Shown: positions 20,001-29,682 of the stretch, in pieces
Layout of the letters: each line of letters begins with the position of its first letter
Position numbering within the stretch: the first letter of the stretch is position 1
From: a virus
Lineage: Duplodnaviria; Caudoviricetes
IMG/VR virus record: IMGVR_UViG_3300037524_000424
Location: 13,609 to 77,608 of that record
Reading direction: 5' to 3' (one strand)
DNA: 64,000 nucleotides
Notes under the pieces: model-generated
What the model was told of the DNA's origin: nothing
The model's input: only the letters and a program-made list of their open reading frames with translations
Databases searched by the model: none
Program-made: the position numbers and the translations under genes

Positions 20001-20902
20001 CTGACTATGCAGACCGTCAGTATGATAAGTATATAGCTGGATCAGTGAACGGACTTAATTTGTTAGTAAATAGTGTTACCAATATCCAAGAATTTGATGT
20101 CATTTATCAGGAACAATATATAACAATCTCTCGTTTTAATCGTATGTTACAAGCGTTAGATTTGGATTATTTCTTAGACGATGAAGATTATTATTCTACT
20201 CTAGGAGCCACCTCAGGGTCAAATCTCGGGAATCTTTTAAGTGAACTAATATCCAAGGTTAATGCTGACGATGACGGGAAAGTGTCACCATATACACCAT
20301 ATTTGGGTAGTGTTGATAAAGATGACATTCGTGATGGATTTAACCTTTTCGTAAACGAACTTAATAGTTCCGCCGGGATATTTAATAAATCCTATGTGCA
20401 GTATGATACTTTAGTGCGTTATGAAGGTGCCATAACTAAAGTAAATAAGTTTACATCAACCATCATGATTCAGGATGAAATTCCTTTCGTAGTGGGTGAC
20501 TGTATAGTTTTCAGCTATATTGATGCCTTCATAGAGTATAGTCCTGACACTATTGGAGATGCGTCTTTAGGTAAGCATTTCAGTCAAGCGAGTTTATTGT
20601 TCGACCAGTTCAACTTCACCTTCGGAACTTTCGGATTCAGAAGTGACCTTTATGCTAGTCGACAAGAAGTCCTGTTTCCTGGTGACGGAAATGGCGACTA
20701 TGGAGTTCAAGTTTACGGTGAGGAGATATACGGCGGGCTATCCAACGAACGATCTTTCAGGACTTATGTGCCTCGGAACTATCAACGAGGCAAGTATTTG
20801 ACCTTGTCATTTAGGCATTTACTCGCCAGGGAGAACTTTCAGCTGGTAGGGTATTCAATTACGCATGAAGGAAGTCCAGAGAAACGATTTTACAAGAGGT
20901 AG
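17084..20902 (+). CDS. tail tube / packaged-DNA stabilisation protein (P22 gp10 / T7 gp12-like) with insertions
   Basis: 1272 aa; NRVYFSKTDIPEAVP...DSLFVLKTEGIY propeller motifs; TAATG coupling. Confidence 0.7.
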   Translation: MAQKYVNRAAGLHTFKNELTSPDGAQIIADNVVIDRDNTIESRRGFKQFLPFGLQDDRAKQLLQYKDRLITHYDDRLIFENPGFGFDAFSGSYTETEAGLRIKSVEANGNLYVTTSDGIKKIAARTGNDLSSLPGFIIDAGAYRGIDFTALPNYSENGFFTPNSNVAYRIVWGYNDINDNLVLGYPSEIVSTQNVDLKESCVVDLKISIPSQIISSGNAQNYFYQVYRSNIKTPYDAGIDVEFRLVDENFLTQDNLDDGFVDYTDNTPGTFRDAGPNLYTNEISGEGNAQANAQPPFAKDVCLFRGSVFYANTKTRHTQTTNLIAPDNFISGQTKFYIASENQVEEYTFRGVQQVSTINFTGYSPLPNPDYVNNLDGKYFLLNVANNIRKYFVWFDNVGSNEKHELDFGVSVPTEGSFTLTILGNTTRAIPYTVTASELKDFIEELPNVDYVDVTGSIDPDLSFTIEYGGSLAQTSVPLVYPVSNLLVGAAPLTITASVATAASDVTPSTSETVGRLPIRIDIKGFTTKTEVINKINSVFLEPQYAIDFNLGVAGDIITITNEEAGSADVIKNSGPISITIPDAQPLPNTIVFATPTPGLGEDTSGFFLLSKDPSSGVRLEQTTKSMVRIINSNLTSKVNAFYTSIGTDLPGQISLQAKTTEDSPFYLAANEFGDDYNPSLVTTVTPLASTTDFDDKTLTVTWTGHGMTVGTKVVLFNPAGGLVAEPINGVYSISAVNSANEFVVAFPAVIADATGTLTGFKTTKASSNEEKPNRVYFSKTDIPEAVPLLNFFDVGSKDSEIKRIIPLRDSLFVLKTEGIYRLSGSNPANFSVSLFDSSSPILAPDSAAVLNNQIYILSTQGIVAIGDGGVDIMSRNIESDIIQPTSNNFPDFSTQSFGIASETDRAYIIFLPTKTDDEVATQAFRFNIFTRAWTRWVMSKTCGIVKKSDDRIYFGAADINYIEQERKEFLRTDYADRQYDKYIAGSVNGLNLLVNSVTNIQEFDVIYQEQYITISRFNRMLQALDLDYFLDDEDYYSTLGATSGSNLGNLLSELISKVNADDDGKVSPYTPYLGSVDKDDIRDGFNLFVNELNSSAGIFNKSYVQYDTLVRYEGAITKVNKFTSTIMIQDEIPFVVGDCIVFSYIDAFIEYSPDTIGDASLGKHFSQASLLFDQFNFTFGTFGFRSDLYASRQEVLFPGDGNGDYGVQVYGEEIYGGLSNERSFRTYVPRNYQRGKYLTLSFRHLLARENFQLVGYSITHEGSPEKRFYKR

Positions 20903-20907
20903 TCTAA

Positions 20908-21309
20908 ATGATAGTTGAAACTCCTAAACGTATCCTAACTGGCGATTTTGAGGAAGAAGATAAGGCATTAGCTGACCGTCTGGGGGGTATATTAAACTCC
21001 TTTTTGGAGCAAATGCACCACCTTACACAGAAAAGTATAAATATCCAGGATAATCTTAATCAGTTTGTTAGGTCTGTAACTGTAACCGTTGACGCTGCCG
21101 GAGTGCCCACGACTACGATAGGATTTCAGAATACTCTCAAGAGTCGGGTAAGCGGAACTCAAGTAATCCGAGCATTTGGAGATTCTGGAGTGGTTTCTCA
21201 GCCGTTTATAAGTTATACCGAAAGCAATGGGAATATTACTATAACGCAGATAGTCGGGCTAAGACCTAATGTTTCTTATAATTTAGTAGTCCTGGTTATA
21301 GGCGACTAG
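20908..21309 (+). CDS. hypothetical tail-associated protein
   Basis: Position after tail-tube gene. Confidence 0.6.
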   Translation: MIVETPKRILTGDFEEEDKALADRLGGILNSFLEQMHHLTQKSINIQDNLNQFVRSVTVTVDAAGVPTTTIGFQNTLKSRVSGTQVIRAFGDSGVVSQPFISYTESNGNITITQIVGLRPNVSYNLVVLVIGD

Positions 21310-21319
21310 CATCAAGTAT
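21310..21319 (+). promoter_or_regulatory. CATCAAGTAT motif
   Basis: Exact copy after TAG, upstream of the ejection-protein block. Confidence 0.7.
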
Positions 21320-21336
21320 AAGTATAGGAGATAGAT

Positions 21337-23049
21337 ATGGGAATGAGGGTGAGCGACCAAAAGGGTTCAAAACTGTCTGGTGGCGATACTAATTTAACTA
21401 CTGATCGTGCCGAAGACAAGGATAATAAAGACAATCTTACTCTAAGTACGACCTCAACTATGAAGGATGCCGCCCCCAATTATAACGCATCCCAAGCGAA
21501 AGCACCAGCACAACAAGGGTCAGCAGCAGGAGAAAGATTTCGTTCGCTAAGGTCTTATATTGATAAGAGTAAGGCGAATATGGCAGGACGGATCGGGCAA
21601 GGACTTCAACAAAGAGAACAAGCTGCTGTGGGAGAAATTAAACAAGCAGAAGGCACAGTAAATCGTCAGATTAAAAAGGTAGAGGACGCCCAAGCGGGCG
21701 CAACTGACTTTGGTTTTCAGGGACCTACTCCAGCAGCTCCAGTAGCCGCTCCAGCATCTACTGAAACTCCTCCTACACCAGTCAAACCAGAAACCCCAGT
21801 ATCCGCGGCAATTCAAGCAAAAGATACCTTTACTCCCGAAGAAATAGAAAAGTTCCAAGGATTAATCACATCCAAGGCACCAGAATTTACCATTCCAGGA
21901 GTATCTAACATAGGTAATACCGTTGCTGAGTTAGGCAAGTCTGCTGCCGGTTTAGGGACTGAACAAGGAAGGTTTGAGGAGTTAAGACGCAACTTGGGAG
22001 CAGGAAGAGGATATAGTGCTGGGGCACAACAACTTGACCAACTTCTACTTCAGACCCAGAAAGGTGAAGCATCCAAGTTGAAAGAATTGCAGAAAACTGT
22101 AGGAAAGGATAGTAGAGAGCAGTTACAAGGATTAGCAGCAAACGTAGATAATCAAACTCAAAAATTGGGACAAGCAGGAATTGATATAAAAAAGGCATTG
22201 ACTGAAGGATTAAAAGCAGCACAGGAAGATGTAGTAGAAAGATCCAAAAAGGCAATGGAAGCATTTAAAGGAAGTGATGATTATAAAAAGCTAATTGCTG
22301 GCGGTTATAGTGAAGAAGAAATACTTCAATATTTACAAAATACGTTGACTCCTGGTTATGAAAATAAAATGAAGGGGGGCGGTAGAATAGGAAATAAAGC
22401 TATAACTTCAGGAGAGGCATCGGGAGATTTGTTATCCAACTTTTATGGATTAACTCCAGAACAGGTTTCAAATCTAATGACCGATGCTAAAAATCAAGCA
22501 ACCAATGTAGGTAGTTATAGTGGAATATTGAGCGAAAAAGACAGGAACGTATTAAAGAATTTAGGATTATTAGGCGGGTCTGTTATTCCTATTGATTCAG
22601 CAGAAGATTTAGGTTATGCTGACGATACTTCAATTGATAAGATTAGACAATCAGCTTTAGACAGCGTTATGAAAGGAGTTACGGAAAGAAAGGACGAATA
22701 TAAAAAAGTAGAAGATACATATAATACCGAAGTTAATAATTTAGTCACTGCCCAACAAATTTTAGAGAAAAGGGTAGATGATATTTATAAACTAATGAAA
22801 TTGGCTTTCCCCCCTAGGGATAGACCTTATACTCAAGAAAACGTCGATGCTTATAATGCTTATAATGCTGCTACCGCAGCTATGGCAAGGGATTATGGTG
22901 CTGGATATGATTCTTCTTGGTTTGGAAAATTATGGAATAATCCACAATACTTTAAAGATTTACATAAAAATACTGCAATCTCTCCAGCTTTAAAGAAGTT
23001 AGAAGATAAATTCAAAACAGATACAGCACAATTTAGAAGACCTAAATAG
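21337..23049 (+). CDS. putative internal virion (ejection) protein
   Basis: Ala/Gln/Lys-rich helical protein after tail genes. Confidence 0.55.
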   Translation: MGMRVSDQKGSKLSGGDTNLTTDRAEDKDNKDNLTLSTTSTMKDAAPNYNASQAKAPAQQGSAAGERFRSLRSYIDKSKANMAGRIGQGLQQREQAAVGEIKQAEGTVNRQIKKVEDAQAGATDFGFQGPTPAAPVAAPASTETPPTPVKPETPVSAAIQAKDTFTPEEIEKFQGLITSKAPEFTIPGVSNIGNTVAELGKSAAGLGTEQGRFEELRRNLGAGRGYSAGAQQLDQLLLQTQKGEASKLKELQKTVGKDSREQLQGLAANVDNQTQKLGQAGIDIKKALTEGLKAAQEDVVERSKKAMEAFKGSDDYKKLIAGGYSEEEILQYLQNTLTPGYENKMKGGGRIGNKAITSGEASGDLLSNFYGLTPEQVSNLMTDAKNQATNVGSYSGILSEKDRNVLKNLGLLGGSVIPIDSAEDLGYADDTSIDKIRQSALDSVMKGVTERKDEYKKVEDTYNTEVNNLVTAQQILEKRVDDIYKLMKLAFPPRDRPYTQENVDAYNAYNAATAAMARDYGAGYDSSWFGKLWNNPQYFKDLHKNTAISPALKKLEDKFKTDTAQFRRPK

Positions 23050-23058
23050 GAGAATATA

Positions 23059-24129
23059 ATGGCTGACACTAAAAGCGATACAATTTCTGGAGCAGGACAG
23101 GGTGCCGCTACAGGTGCAACAGTGGGTTCGGTGGTTCCCGGAGTAGGAACTGCCATTGGTGCCGGGGTTGGTGCCGTTGTTGGGGGATTATCTTCCTATT
23201 TTGGATCAAAATCTGCCAGTAAGAAAGCAAAGGCAGCAGAAGCTGAAGCACGACGACTTTACGAAGAACAGCGACAAATGTGGATGAGTTTGGGTCTTCC
23301 TGATAAAGAAGCGTCAATGTATGCTTTGGAAAATTTGACTTCAGCAGGAGTATTAGTTCCAGAATCAGAAAAAGACTTAGGTCAAATACAATCCCAAATG
23401 GAGGACATCCAAGGCGATCCGCGATTAAAGCAAGCACAGATGGATGCCTTAGCCGCAATGCAAGCTCGTAGCCAGGGACTTACCCCAGAAGACTTAATTC
23501 AAATTCGCAAGACTCGTCAAGATATTTCTGGACAACTAGCTAATCAAGATGCTAATATAGTCCAAAATCTTCAACAAAGAGGTATGGGCGGTTCCGGTGT
23601 AGAACTAGCAATGCGTCAAGCTGGAGGACAACGTGCATTAGCTCAAGCAAGTGATGATGCTGACTCTTTGGCAGCAATGCAATATAACGCTAAAATGCAG
23701 GCATTACAACAAGCCGGCACAATGGCAGGCAGCATGGGACAACAAGAGTTTGCTCAGGAAGCCCAAAAGGCTGGAGCTATGGACGCTATGTCTCGCTTTA
23801 ATATGGATAATCAAATGGGTCGCCAACAAAGAAATGTTGCAGGAAGAAATATGGCACAAGCAGCCAATCAAGCTAACGAACAAAGAATAAGGGATGCTAA
23901 TATTGGATTTCGTCATGATGAGGCAAAAAATAAAGCAAATTGGGGGCAACAAAATTTTCTAAACCAAGTTATGAAATTACAAGGAGCAACAGGACAAACT
24001 GGTAATTTTGCAAAGTTAATCAGTGATAGTGGAGCAAATAAGGCAGCAAACGAAACAGCAATGTATAATGCATTCGGTGATGCATTTAAAGGGCTAACTA
24101 CTGCAGCGGGTAAATACTACGACTCTTAA
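23059..24129 (+). CDS. putative DNA ejection/pilot protein
   Basis: N-terminal glycine-zipper (GAATGATVGSVVPGVGTAIGAGVG); Q/A/M-rich helices. Confidence 0.6.
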   Translation: MADTKSDTISGAGQGAATGATVGSVVPGVGTAIGAGVGAVVGGLSSYFGSKSASKKAKAAEAEARRLYEEQRQMWMSLGLPDKEASMYALENLTSAGVLVPESEKDLGQIQSQMEDIQGDPRLKQAQMDALAAMQARSQGLTPEDLIQIRKTRQDISGQLANQDANIVQNLQQRGMGGSGVELAMRQAGGQRALAQASDDADSLAAMQYNAKMQALQQAGTMAGSMGQQEFAQEAQKAGAMDAMSRFNMDNQMGRQQRNVAGRNMAQAANQANEQRIRDANIGFRHDEAKNKANWGQQNFLNQVMKLQGATGQTGNFAKLISDSGANKAANETAMYNAFGDAFKGLTTAAGKYYDS

Positions 24130-24141
24130 TAGGAAATAAAT

Positions 24142-24471
24142 ATGTCTGAGAGATTTGATAAAATTAAAGAAAAACTGAACAATAAAGAAGTCGATAGCAA
24201 AACAGATCACTATGAAGATATGTTGCGTACACTACAAGAACGAAAAGCAAGAAAAATGAGGAACTATCTTCAAGGAAGACCCGAATTAGATAAAACAAGA
24301 ATTGATGCACTGGATATTATACCTGGTAATAGAATAAAAGAAGTAGAAGATAGTGATGCAATTAGAATAGAGAAAGGACAGGATATAAATGAATTGCCTG
24401 ATATGAAAGAAGTTAGTGACGACATTAGACATTATAGGAAACTACTAGAAGAAGCCAAAAAGAAAAAGTAG
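24142..24471 (+). CDS. hypothetical protein
   Basis: Charged ORF in the operon. Confidence 0.6.
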   Translation: MSERFDKIKEKLNNKEVDSKTDHYEDMLRTLQERKARKMRNYLQGRPELDKTRIDALDIIPGNRIKEVEDSDAIRIEKGQDINELPDMKEVSDDIRHYRKLLEEAKKKK

Positions 24472-24479
24472 GTAATACA

Positions 24480-25805
24480 ATGCAAGATAATCAATTTAAA
24501 GCACCAACGATTGAAGAACTTTTAAAAAGTTATTATGACCAAACTCCGGTCATGATGAGGGACGTTCCTCAGACTCCTATAGTCGAAAATGAACCCCCTC
24601 AAGAACCAGTAGAACAAATCCCACAACCAGTAGTGGCACCTCAACCCATAATTCCTCCAAAACAAGCAGTAAGTCCAGAAGAAATCCAGGGGATATTAGC
24701 TAGTCCAAGTCAACCGGTTCCTGCTGAATCTCCTAGTGAAGCAGAAAGACTTCAGGATTTATTAGCTCAATCAAGGAAATCTCGGGCACTAACTGAAGGT
24801 CTTGCCAACGTAAGTGAAGGAATTAAACGTGCTGCTTCTGCCTATGCCGGACGAGGACTTACTCAGATTAAACCCGACGTTAGCATGGAAGAAAAGATGC
24901 GCGCTAGTGCTGAACGAGACTTTAAAGAAGGTATCGACGAGTTTCAAGCGAGCAGGAAACTTCAGCAAGAAAAAGATGCTGAGGATGCTAGAAAGAGGAT
25001 GGAAAGTCCAGAAAGCGAAGAAAGTCAGAGGTATAGAGAGTTTTATGCTAAGACTTTGAAGATGGATATTCCTGAAAATGTGACTGCTGCTATGTTACAC
25101 GATAAGTTTGGAGCTTTATCTAATTTAGCAGCAAGAGGTGGAGACAACAAGGACAATAATTTAGCCGAAAGAAAGTTTTTACTAGATCAAGCAAAGTTTG
25201 CATTTGCCCAAACTGCCCCAAAAAGAAAAGAGGCAGAAATGGACAAAAAAGAAGAACAGAAGATTAAGACTGAAAACCGTTCCATGAGAAAGGATTTAGA
25301 TAAAGCAGAAACCGCATTACAAGCGCAGATTAAGCAACTAGAAGAAGCAAACAAATCATTCGATAAATTTAGTAAGGGAGTTGGTCCTGGAACTGGTCCT
25401 TTGGCTACTTTAGGCGGAATTAGAAAATATACTAATCAAGAACTAGAGGGACTTGATTCTAAGTTTAAGAAAATTGGACTAGATGAAATGGTTAAGATGT
25501 TTCAAGGTATGTCAAAAGCGGTTGATAGTGACGCAGAAAGACGAGCATTTGAAGCAACACAACCGTCTATTACATTAGATGATCCAACAAATAAAGAATT
25601 ACTTAGTAAAAAACTAGAAGCAGCTAAGTCATTACTTGCTAAAACTAAGGCAGCAAAAAATCAGTTTGATAAAACCGGGGACTTCGTTCAACAAGAATCT
25701 CCTTCCTCTATGTTGTCACCTAAAGACCAACAAGCATTGGATTGGGCTAATAAAAATCCTGAAGACCCTAGATCTGCCGCTATTAAACAAAAACTAGGAA
25801 TGTAA
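24480..25805 (+). CDS. putative internal virion protein
   Basis: Coiled-coil, Pro-rich N-terminus, ejection-module position. Confidence 0.55.
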   Translation: MQDNQFKAPTIEELLKSYYDQTPVMMRDVPQTPIVENEPPQEPVEQIPQPVVAPQPIIPPKQAVSPEEIQGILASPSQPVPAESPSEAERLQDLLAQSRKSRALTEGLANVSEGIKRAASAYAGRGLTQIKPDVSMEEKMRASAERDFKEGIDEFQASRKLQQEKDAEDARKRMESPESEESQRYREFYAKTLKMDIPENVTAAMLHDKFGALSNLAARGGDNKDNNLAERKFLLDQAKFAFAQTAPKRKEAEMDKKEEQKIKTENRSMRKDLDKAETALQAQIKQLEEANKSFDKFSKGVGPGTGPLATLGGIRKYTNQELEGLDSKFKKIGLDEMVKMFQGMSKAVDSDAERRAFEATQPSITLDDPTNKELLSKKLEAAKSLLAKTKAAKNQFDKTGDFVQQESPSSMLSPKDQQALDWANKNPEDPRSAAIKQKLGM

Positions 25806-25807
25806 TC

Positions 25808-27646
25808 ATGGAAGACAATTTCGATCCTGACAAATATTTAGCAGAAGAGGAATTTAATCCTGATGCTTATTTAGGTGAAGAACCTATCGTTCAATCTCCA
25901 ACAGAACCAACGCAGTTAGAATCAGGACTTCGTGGAGCAGTCCAAGGTACATCAGTTGGAATGGGTGACGAATTAGGAGCAAGTGCACTAGCTATTCCTG
26001 AAACGATCAGGCAAAGACTTGCCCAGTATCTCCCGGGCAGCCCAGAAAATGTCGATAAACAACTTAGAGAACAAGGATTTACCGGAGATATACAACAACC
26101 CAGCGTTTTAGAAAACTATCGTCAACTAAGAGACACATCCAGAGAAGCAGATAAAGCAGCCAAAGAAGCTAATCCTTGGACTTACGGTCTTAGCGAAGTC
26201 GCCGGAGCAGCACTACCTGCTTCATTAGTTGGAGTTCCTGCTTCTTTAGGTGGAGCAGCAGCCTTAGGTGCCGGCTATGGAGCAGTTCAAGGACTTGGAA
26301 CTAGTGAAGCCGATTTGACTAAAGGAGAGGTAGGACAAGCAGCTATTGATACTGCCATTGGTGCAGGTCTTGGTGGTGCTATACCAGTAGCCGGAAAGTA
26401 TGCGAAAGAAGGTGCTATACTTGCCGCTAAAGGAATAGGTAAAGTCGGAGAAAAACTAGCAGATGTAGCAGGGGAAAACTTAAAGCAACTTGGTACTATA
26501 TATAAAAACGCCAGAGATGGGATTGCCACTTTAGGAAAGAAAGCAGGAGATGCTAGCGACCAACAAATGATGCAAATAGCGAAAGGTATTTCTAATAAAG
26601 TAAACTCCTTTAAAAAAGAATCCAATAAGATTATAAGTGACGGTCTAAAAGGGGATAAGCTCGACTTTACAGATAGCGTTGTTCAACAGAATAAAGTTTT
26701 AGATGATCTTATTGAGAAATCCAAATTGAACGAAGATGCTATGAAACTGCTAAAGAGCGTTAAGGGATCTTTCAATAATCTGATGGAAGGGTCTAACGTA
26801 AATAAGTCAACTGTATCAAAAGAAGTAAAGTCTCTTATATTACCTCCCGGGGTTGCACCAAAACCGGCTAAACCCAGCTATCAGACAGAACCTCAGGATT
26901 TCTTTGACTTCCAAGAAAAGATTAATTCCTATGCTAATATGGCACAAAAGAACGACTTTACAAAAGAATTTGCCCCGGTTATTCGTCAAATGTCTGATGC
27001 TTTAGAAAATGACGTTCTTTCCAAACTTGGGACAGGGAAGAGAGAATTGGTAGAACAAGGATTTAATCAGTGGAAAGACATTCGTACTGTGCAACAAACT
27101 TTAGGTGAAGGGATAGGAGATTCCTTGGAGTCTAAAGCATTACCAGCCCAAGAAGATTTAAAGAAGCAATTGTTAAGACTGAGTGGTCTTACTACTAAAA
27201 AGACCCTAGGAACACAACAAGAAGTTGAAAGGGGTATGAAGGCGTTAGAAAGGATTGACCCAGTATCTACCCCCAGTTTGATAAAAGAAATACAAAAAGC
27301 TGCAAGAATATCAGACATTTCAGCTAAAGCACAAGGAACGTCGGAATCCGCCACAAAAGCAGGAGTCCTGTTAAAAGGTGGAATGATAACAGCTTCTGGA
27401 GTAGGACAAGTAGCCGGAGCACTAAAATACGTCACTAAGCTACCTAGTGCAGCTTACGGTCGTCTTAAAGAAAGCACAACCAACCCTAAATTAAAGTCAT
27501 TCTTTGGTAATATGGAAAATAAATCTGATAACGAAAGATCTGCATTGATGTTTGCCGCTATGCAGAATCCTGCTATGAAAGAAGCATTATTAGAGGCATT
27601 GGGAGTTGACTCATCAAGTAATAATGAAGACATAACTCAAGACTAG
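25808..27646 (+). CDS. putative internal virion protein
   Basis: FNPDAYL N-terminal repeats and Gly/Ala-rich membrane-type segments. Confidence 0.55.
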   Translation: MEDNFDPDKYLAEEEFNPDAYLGEEPIVQSPTEPTQLESGLRGAVQGTSVGMGDELGASALAIPETIRQRLAQYLPGSPENVDKQLREQGFTGDIQQPSVLENYRQLRDTSREADKAAKEANPWTYGLSEVAGAALPASLVGVPASLGGAAALGAGYGAVQGLGTSEADLTKGEVGQAAIDTAIGAGLGGAIPVAGKYAKEGAILAAKGIGKVGEKLADVAGENLKQLGTIYKNARDGIATLGKKAGDASDQQMMQIAKGISNKVNSFKKESNKIISDGLKGDKLDFTDSVVQQNKVLDDLIEKSKLNEDAMKLLKSVKGSFNNLMEGSNVNKSTVSKEVKSLILPPGVAPKPAKPSYQTEPQDFFDFQEKINSYANMAQKNDFTKEFAPVIRQMSDALENDVLSKLGTGKRELVEQGFNQWKDIRTVQQTLGEGIGDSLESKALPAQEDLKKQLLRLSGLTTKKTLGTQQEVERGMKALERIDPVSTPSLIKEIQKAARISDISAKAQGTSESATKAGVLLKGGMITASGVGQVAGALKYVTKLPSAAYGRLKESTTNPKLKSFFGNMENKSDNERSALMFAAMQNPAMKEALLEALGVDSSSNNEDITQD

Positions 27647-27655
27647 GATACTATC

Positions 27656-28003
27656 ATGGGAAATGACGACAAATTTGACGTAATTATAGCTCGCATTGAC
27701 CGTATGGAAGATAAGCTGGACAAAAGTCAAGAGGACATTAATGAAATAAAGAATAATACCAATTTAATGAGGTTAGATTTGGACTATTTATCGAGGAAGG
27801 TTTCAGTCTTAGAACTAACCGTTGATAAACATGAAGCAATTAATAGTTTAAAGTTTAAAGAAGTATCAACATCTAGTCATTTACTTAAAGAAAGAGTCAA
27901 CGAGTTAGAACTTCCTAGAAAATCCTTAAATCTTTTCATGAGAATAATAACCGCTTTGGGTGCAATAGTTGCCTTAATATTTGGTGTTTTAAAACTTAGA
28001 TAA
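27656..28003 (+). CDS. coiled-coil protein with C-terminal TM helix
   Basis: Heptads followed by IITALGAIVALIFGVLKLR. Confidence 0.6.
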   Translation: MGNDDKFDVIIARIDRMEDKLDKSQEDINEIKNNTNLMRLDLDYLSRKVSVLELTVDKHEAINSLKFKEVSTSSHLLKERVNELELPRKSLNLFMRIITALGAIVALIFGVLKLR

Positions 28004-28022
28004 TCTTAACAATCATACTTTT

Positions 28023-28718
28023 TTGGAAATATGCAAAATGAACTTTTATGTTTATGCCCACTACCATTCTGAAGATCAAATATTCTATATAGGAAAGGGT
28101 AGGGGCAACAGAGCGTGGAGAGATAATAGTAGAACTGATTTTTGGAAAAATATAGTTAATAAGTATGGTTACCAAGTGATTATTATTGCTAATAATTTAG
28201 ATGAATCTACTGCATTTGAGTTAGAAAAATATCTAATTAAAGAATATGGCAGAAGAGACCTAGGAAAGGGACCTTTAGTTAATCAAACTGATGGGGGTGA
28301 CGGAACCTCAGGTAGTATAAACAATCTAAGAGGCGATGAGCATCACGCTTCTAAACCGGTCATTTGTATAGAAACTGGAGAGATTTTTGAAACAGGTAGA
28401 GCAGCTAGCTTAAAATATAATATAGATCCTACTAATTTATCTAGTGCTTGTAGAAAGGGCAAGGGTTCGGTTGCCGGACTGCATTTTCAATTCTTAGATG
28501 ACAAAAGAATTATGTGTCTCGATGTTGGTACGCATAAAAATGGGGATCACCCAATGGCAAAATCCATAATATGCAACGAAACAGGAGTAGTATTCGAAAC
28601 TGCAAGGGAGGCAGGGAGAACTCTACAAATATCATATAAGGATATATCATATTATTTAACTACAGGCAAAGCACGGACAAAGTTAAATGGGTACACTTTT
28701 AAGTATTATTTAAAATGA
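28023..28718 (+). CDS. GIY-YIG homing endonuclease with NUMOD1-like repeats
   Basis: FYVYAH...FYIGKGRGNRA; two KPVICIETGEIFETGRAAS-type repeats; probable start ATG 28038. Confidence 0.75.
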   Translation: MEICKMNFYVYAHYHSEDQIFYIGKGRGNRAWRDNSRTDFWKNIVNKYGYQVIIIANNLDESTAFELEKYLIKEYGRRDLGKGPLVNQTDGGDGTSGSINNLRGDEHHASKPVICIETGEIFETGRAASLKYNIDPTNLSSACRKGKGSVAGLHFQFLDDKRIMCLDVGTHKNGDHPMAKSIICNETGVVFETAREAGRTLQISYKDISYYLTTGKARTKLNGYTFKYYLK

Positions 28719-28723
28719 ATTCT

Positions 28724-29341
28724 TTACGACTCTTCGTCATCATTCAAAAGTTGTTGTAGGACAATATCAACTTCCATAATCATCTGATCTTCTGGCGAGT
28801 TATAAGATTGCAACTTATCCATGTGTTCTTCTAAACTCTTTTCGTTTACATACATCAAATCTTGCTTTCTTTTAGACATTAAGTCATTTCTATTAGCTCG
28901 AACATTCTCCACACAACTCAACCGATGCTCATCATTCAACGGATTATGTACGTTCTTCTTGGAGTATTTGTTGGTAATAGACGTACTTAGCGTGTCTTTT
29001 TTGGCTTCAAAGAATACTTCCAAATGACGTATTTTTCTGAAGTCTAAGTTAATTTGTCCGGGAATAGTATTGCCGTAGACTTGAACCATAGTCCCGTAGT
29101 CGGTGTTATATCTGATGTTGTTGCTAACTAAGTCCCTAAGACCTTCTTCATTCGGGATATTCTTTAGCACCATATAGACAGGGTTAATGTCCCAGGTAGC
29201 ACCGTAGAACTCGTCTGTAAACTTAGCTAAATAGTCCCTCTCTTCTTTGGATAGTTTCTTTACATAGTCGTAGTCGACATATTCTTGGCGTGATTGGATG
29301 TGTCGGTTAGCACCTAAAGCATCTCTTCGTCTCTTAGTCAT
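28724..29341 (-). CDS. hypothetical protein
   Basis: 205-aa ORF, last gene of the leftward block. Confidence 0.65.
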   Translation of the reverse strand: MTKRRRDALGANRHIQSRQEYVDYDYVKKLSKEERDYLAKFTDEFYGATWDINPVYMVLKNIPNEEGLRDLVSNNIRYNTDYGTMVQVYGNTIPGQINLDFRKIRHLEVFFEAKKDTLSTSITNKYSKKNVHNPLNDEHRLSCVENVRANRNDLMSKRKQDLMYVNEKSLEEHMDKLQSYNSPEDQMIMEVDIVLQQLLNDDEES

Positions 29342-29682
29342 TTTAGACTCCCTGCCGCTTTAACGGCATAATACATGGTTAGTCCCCCTAAGAAAAATCC
29401 AGCATAGACCCAATATTGATTGTATTCGTTCTTTTTAATCTCAGATTCAAGTCCTTTCCGTAAGTTGTCAATTCTCTCAGTTTGGATTTCATTCAATGCG
29501 TCATACTTAATCTGAAGTTGCTCCAGTTTCAGCAGTTTCTCATCGTTAGCCCGAAGCTGTAGTTCTTCGTCCTCACTAAATAAATATCCTTTATAAGGAG
29601 CCGGACTTCCCTTATCTAAGAAAGTCACGGCTAAAGACATCTGCGGTATCAATAAAAACAGCAGGATAACTAAAGGTTTCAA
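29338..29682 (-). CDS. secreted coiled-coil protein with C-terminal TM (spanin-like candidate)
   Basis: Signal peptide, coiled coil, C-terminal hydrophobic segment. Confidence 0.5.
   Translation of the reverse strand: MKPLVILLFLLIPQMSLAVTFLDKGSPAPYKGYLFSEDEELQLRANDEKLLKLEQLQIKYDALNEIQTERIDNLRKGLESEIKKNEYNQYWVYAGFFLGGLTMYYAVKAAGSLK

Noticed and set aside
1122-27435. Antisense and alternate-frame ORFs inside virion genes (e.g. 7249..7665, 16733..17047, 21905..22264, 26287..26625)
   Set aside because: Fully nested in long coding genes, no SD or motif; shadow frames
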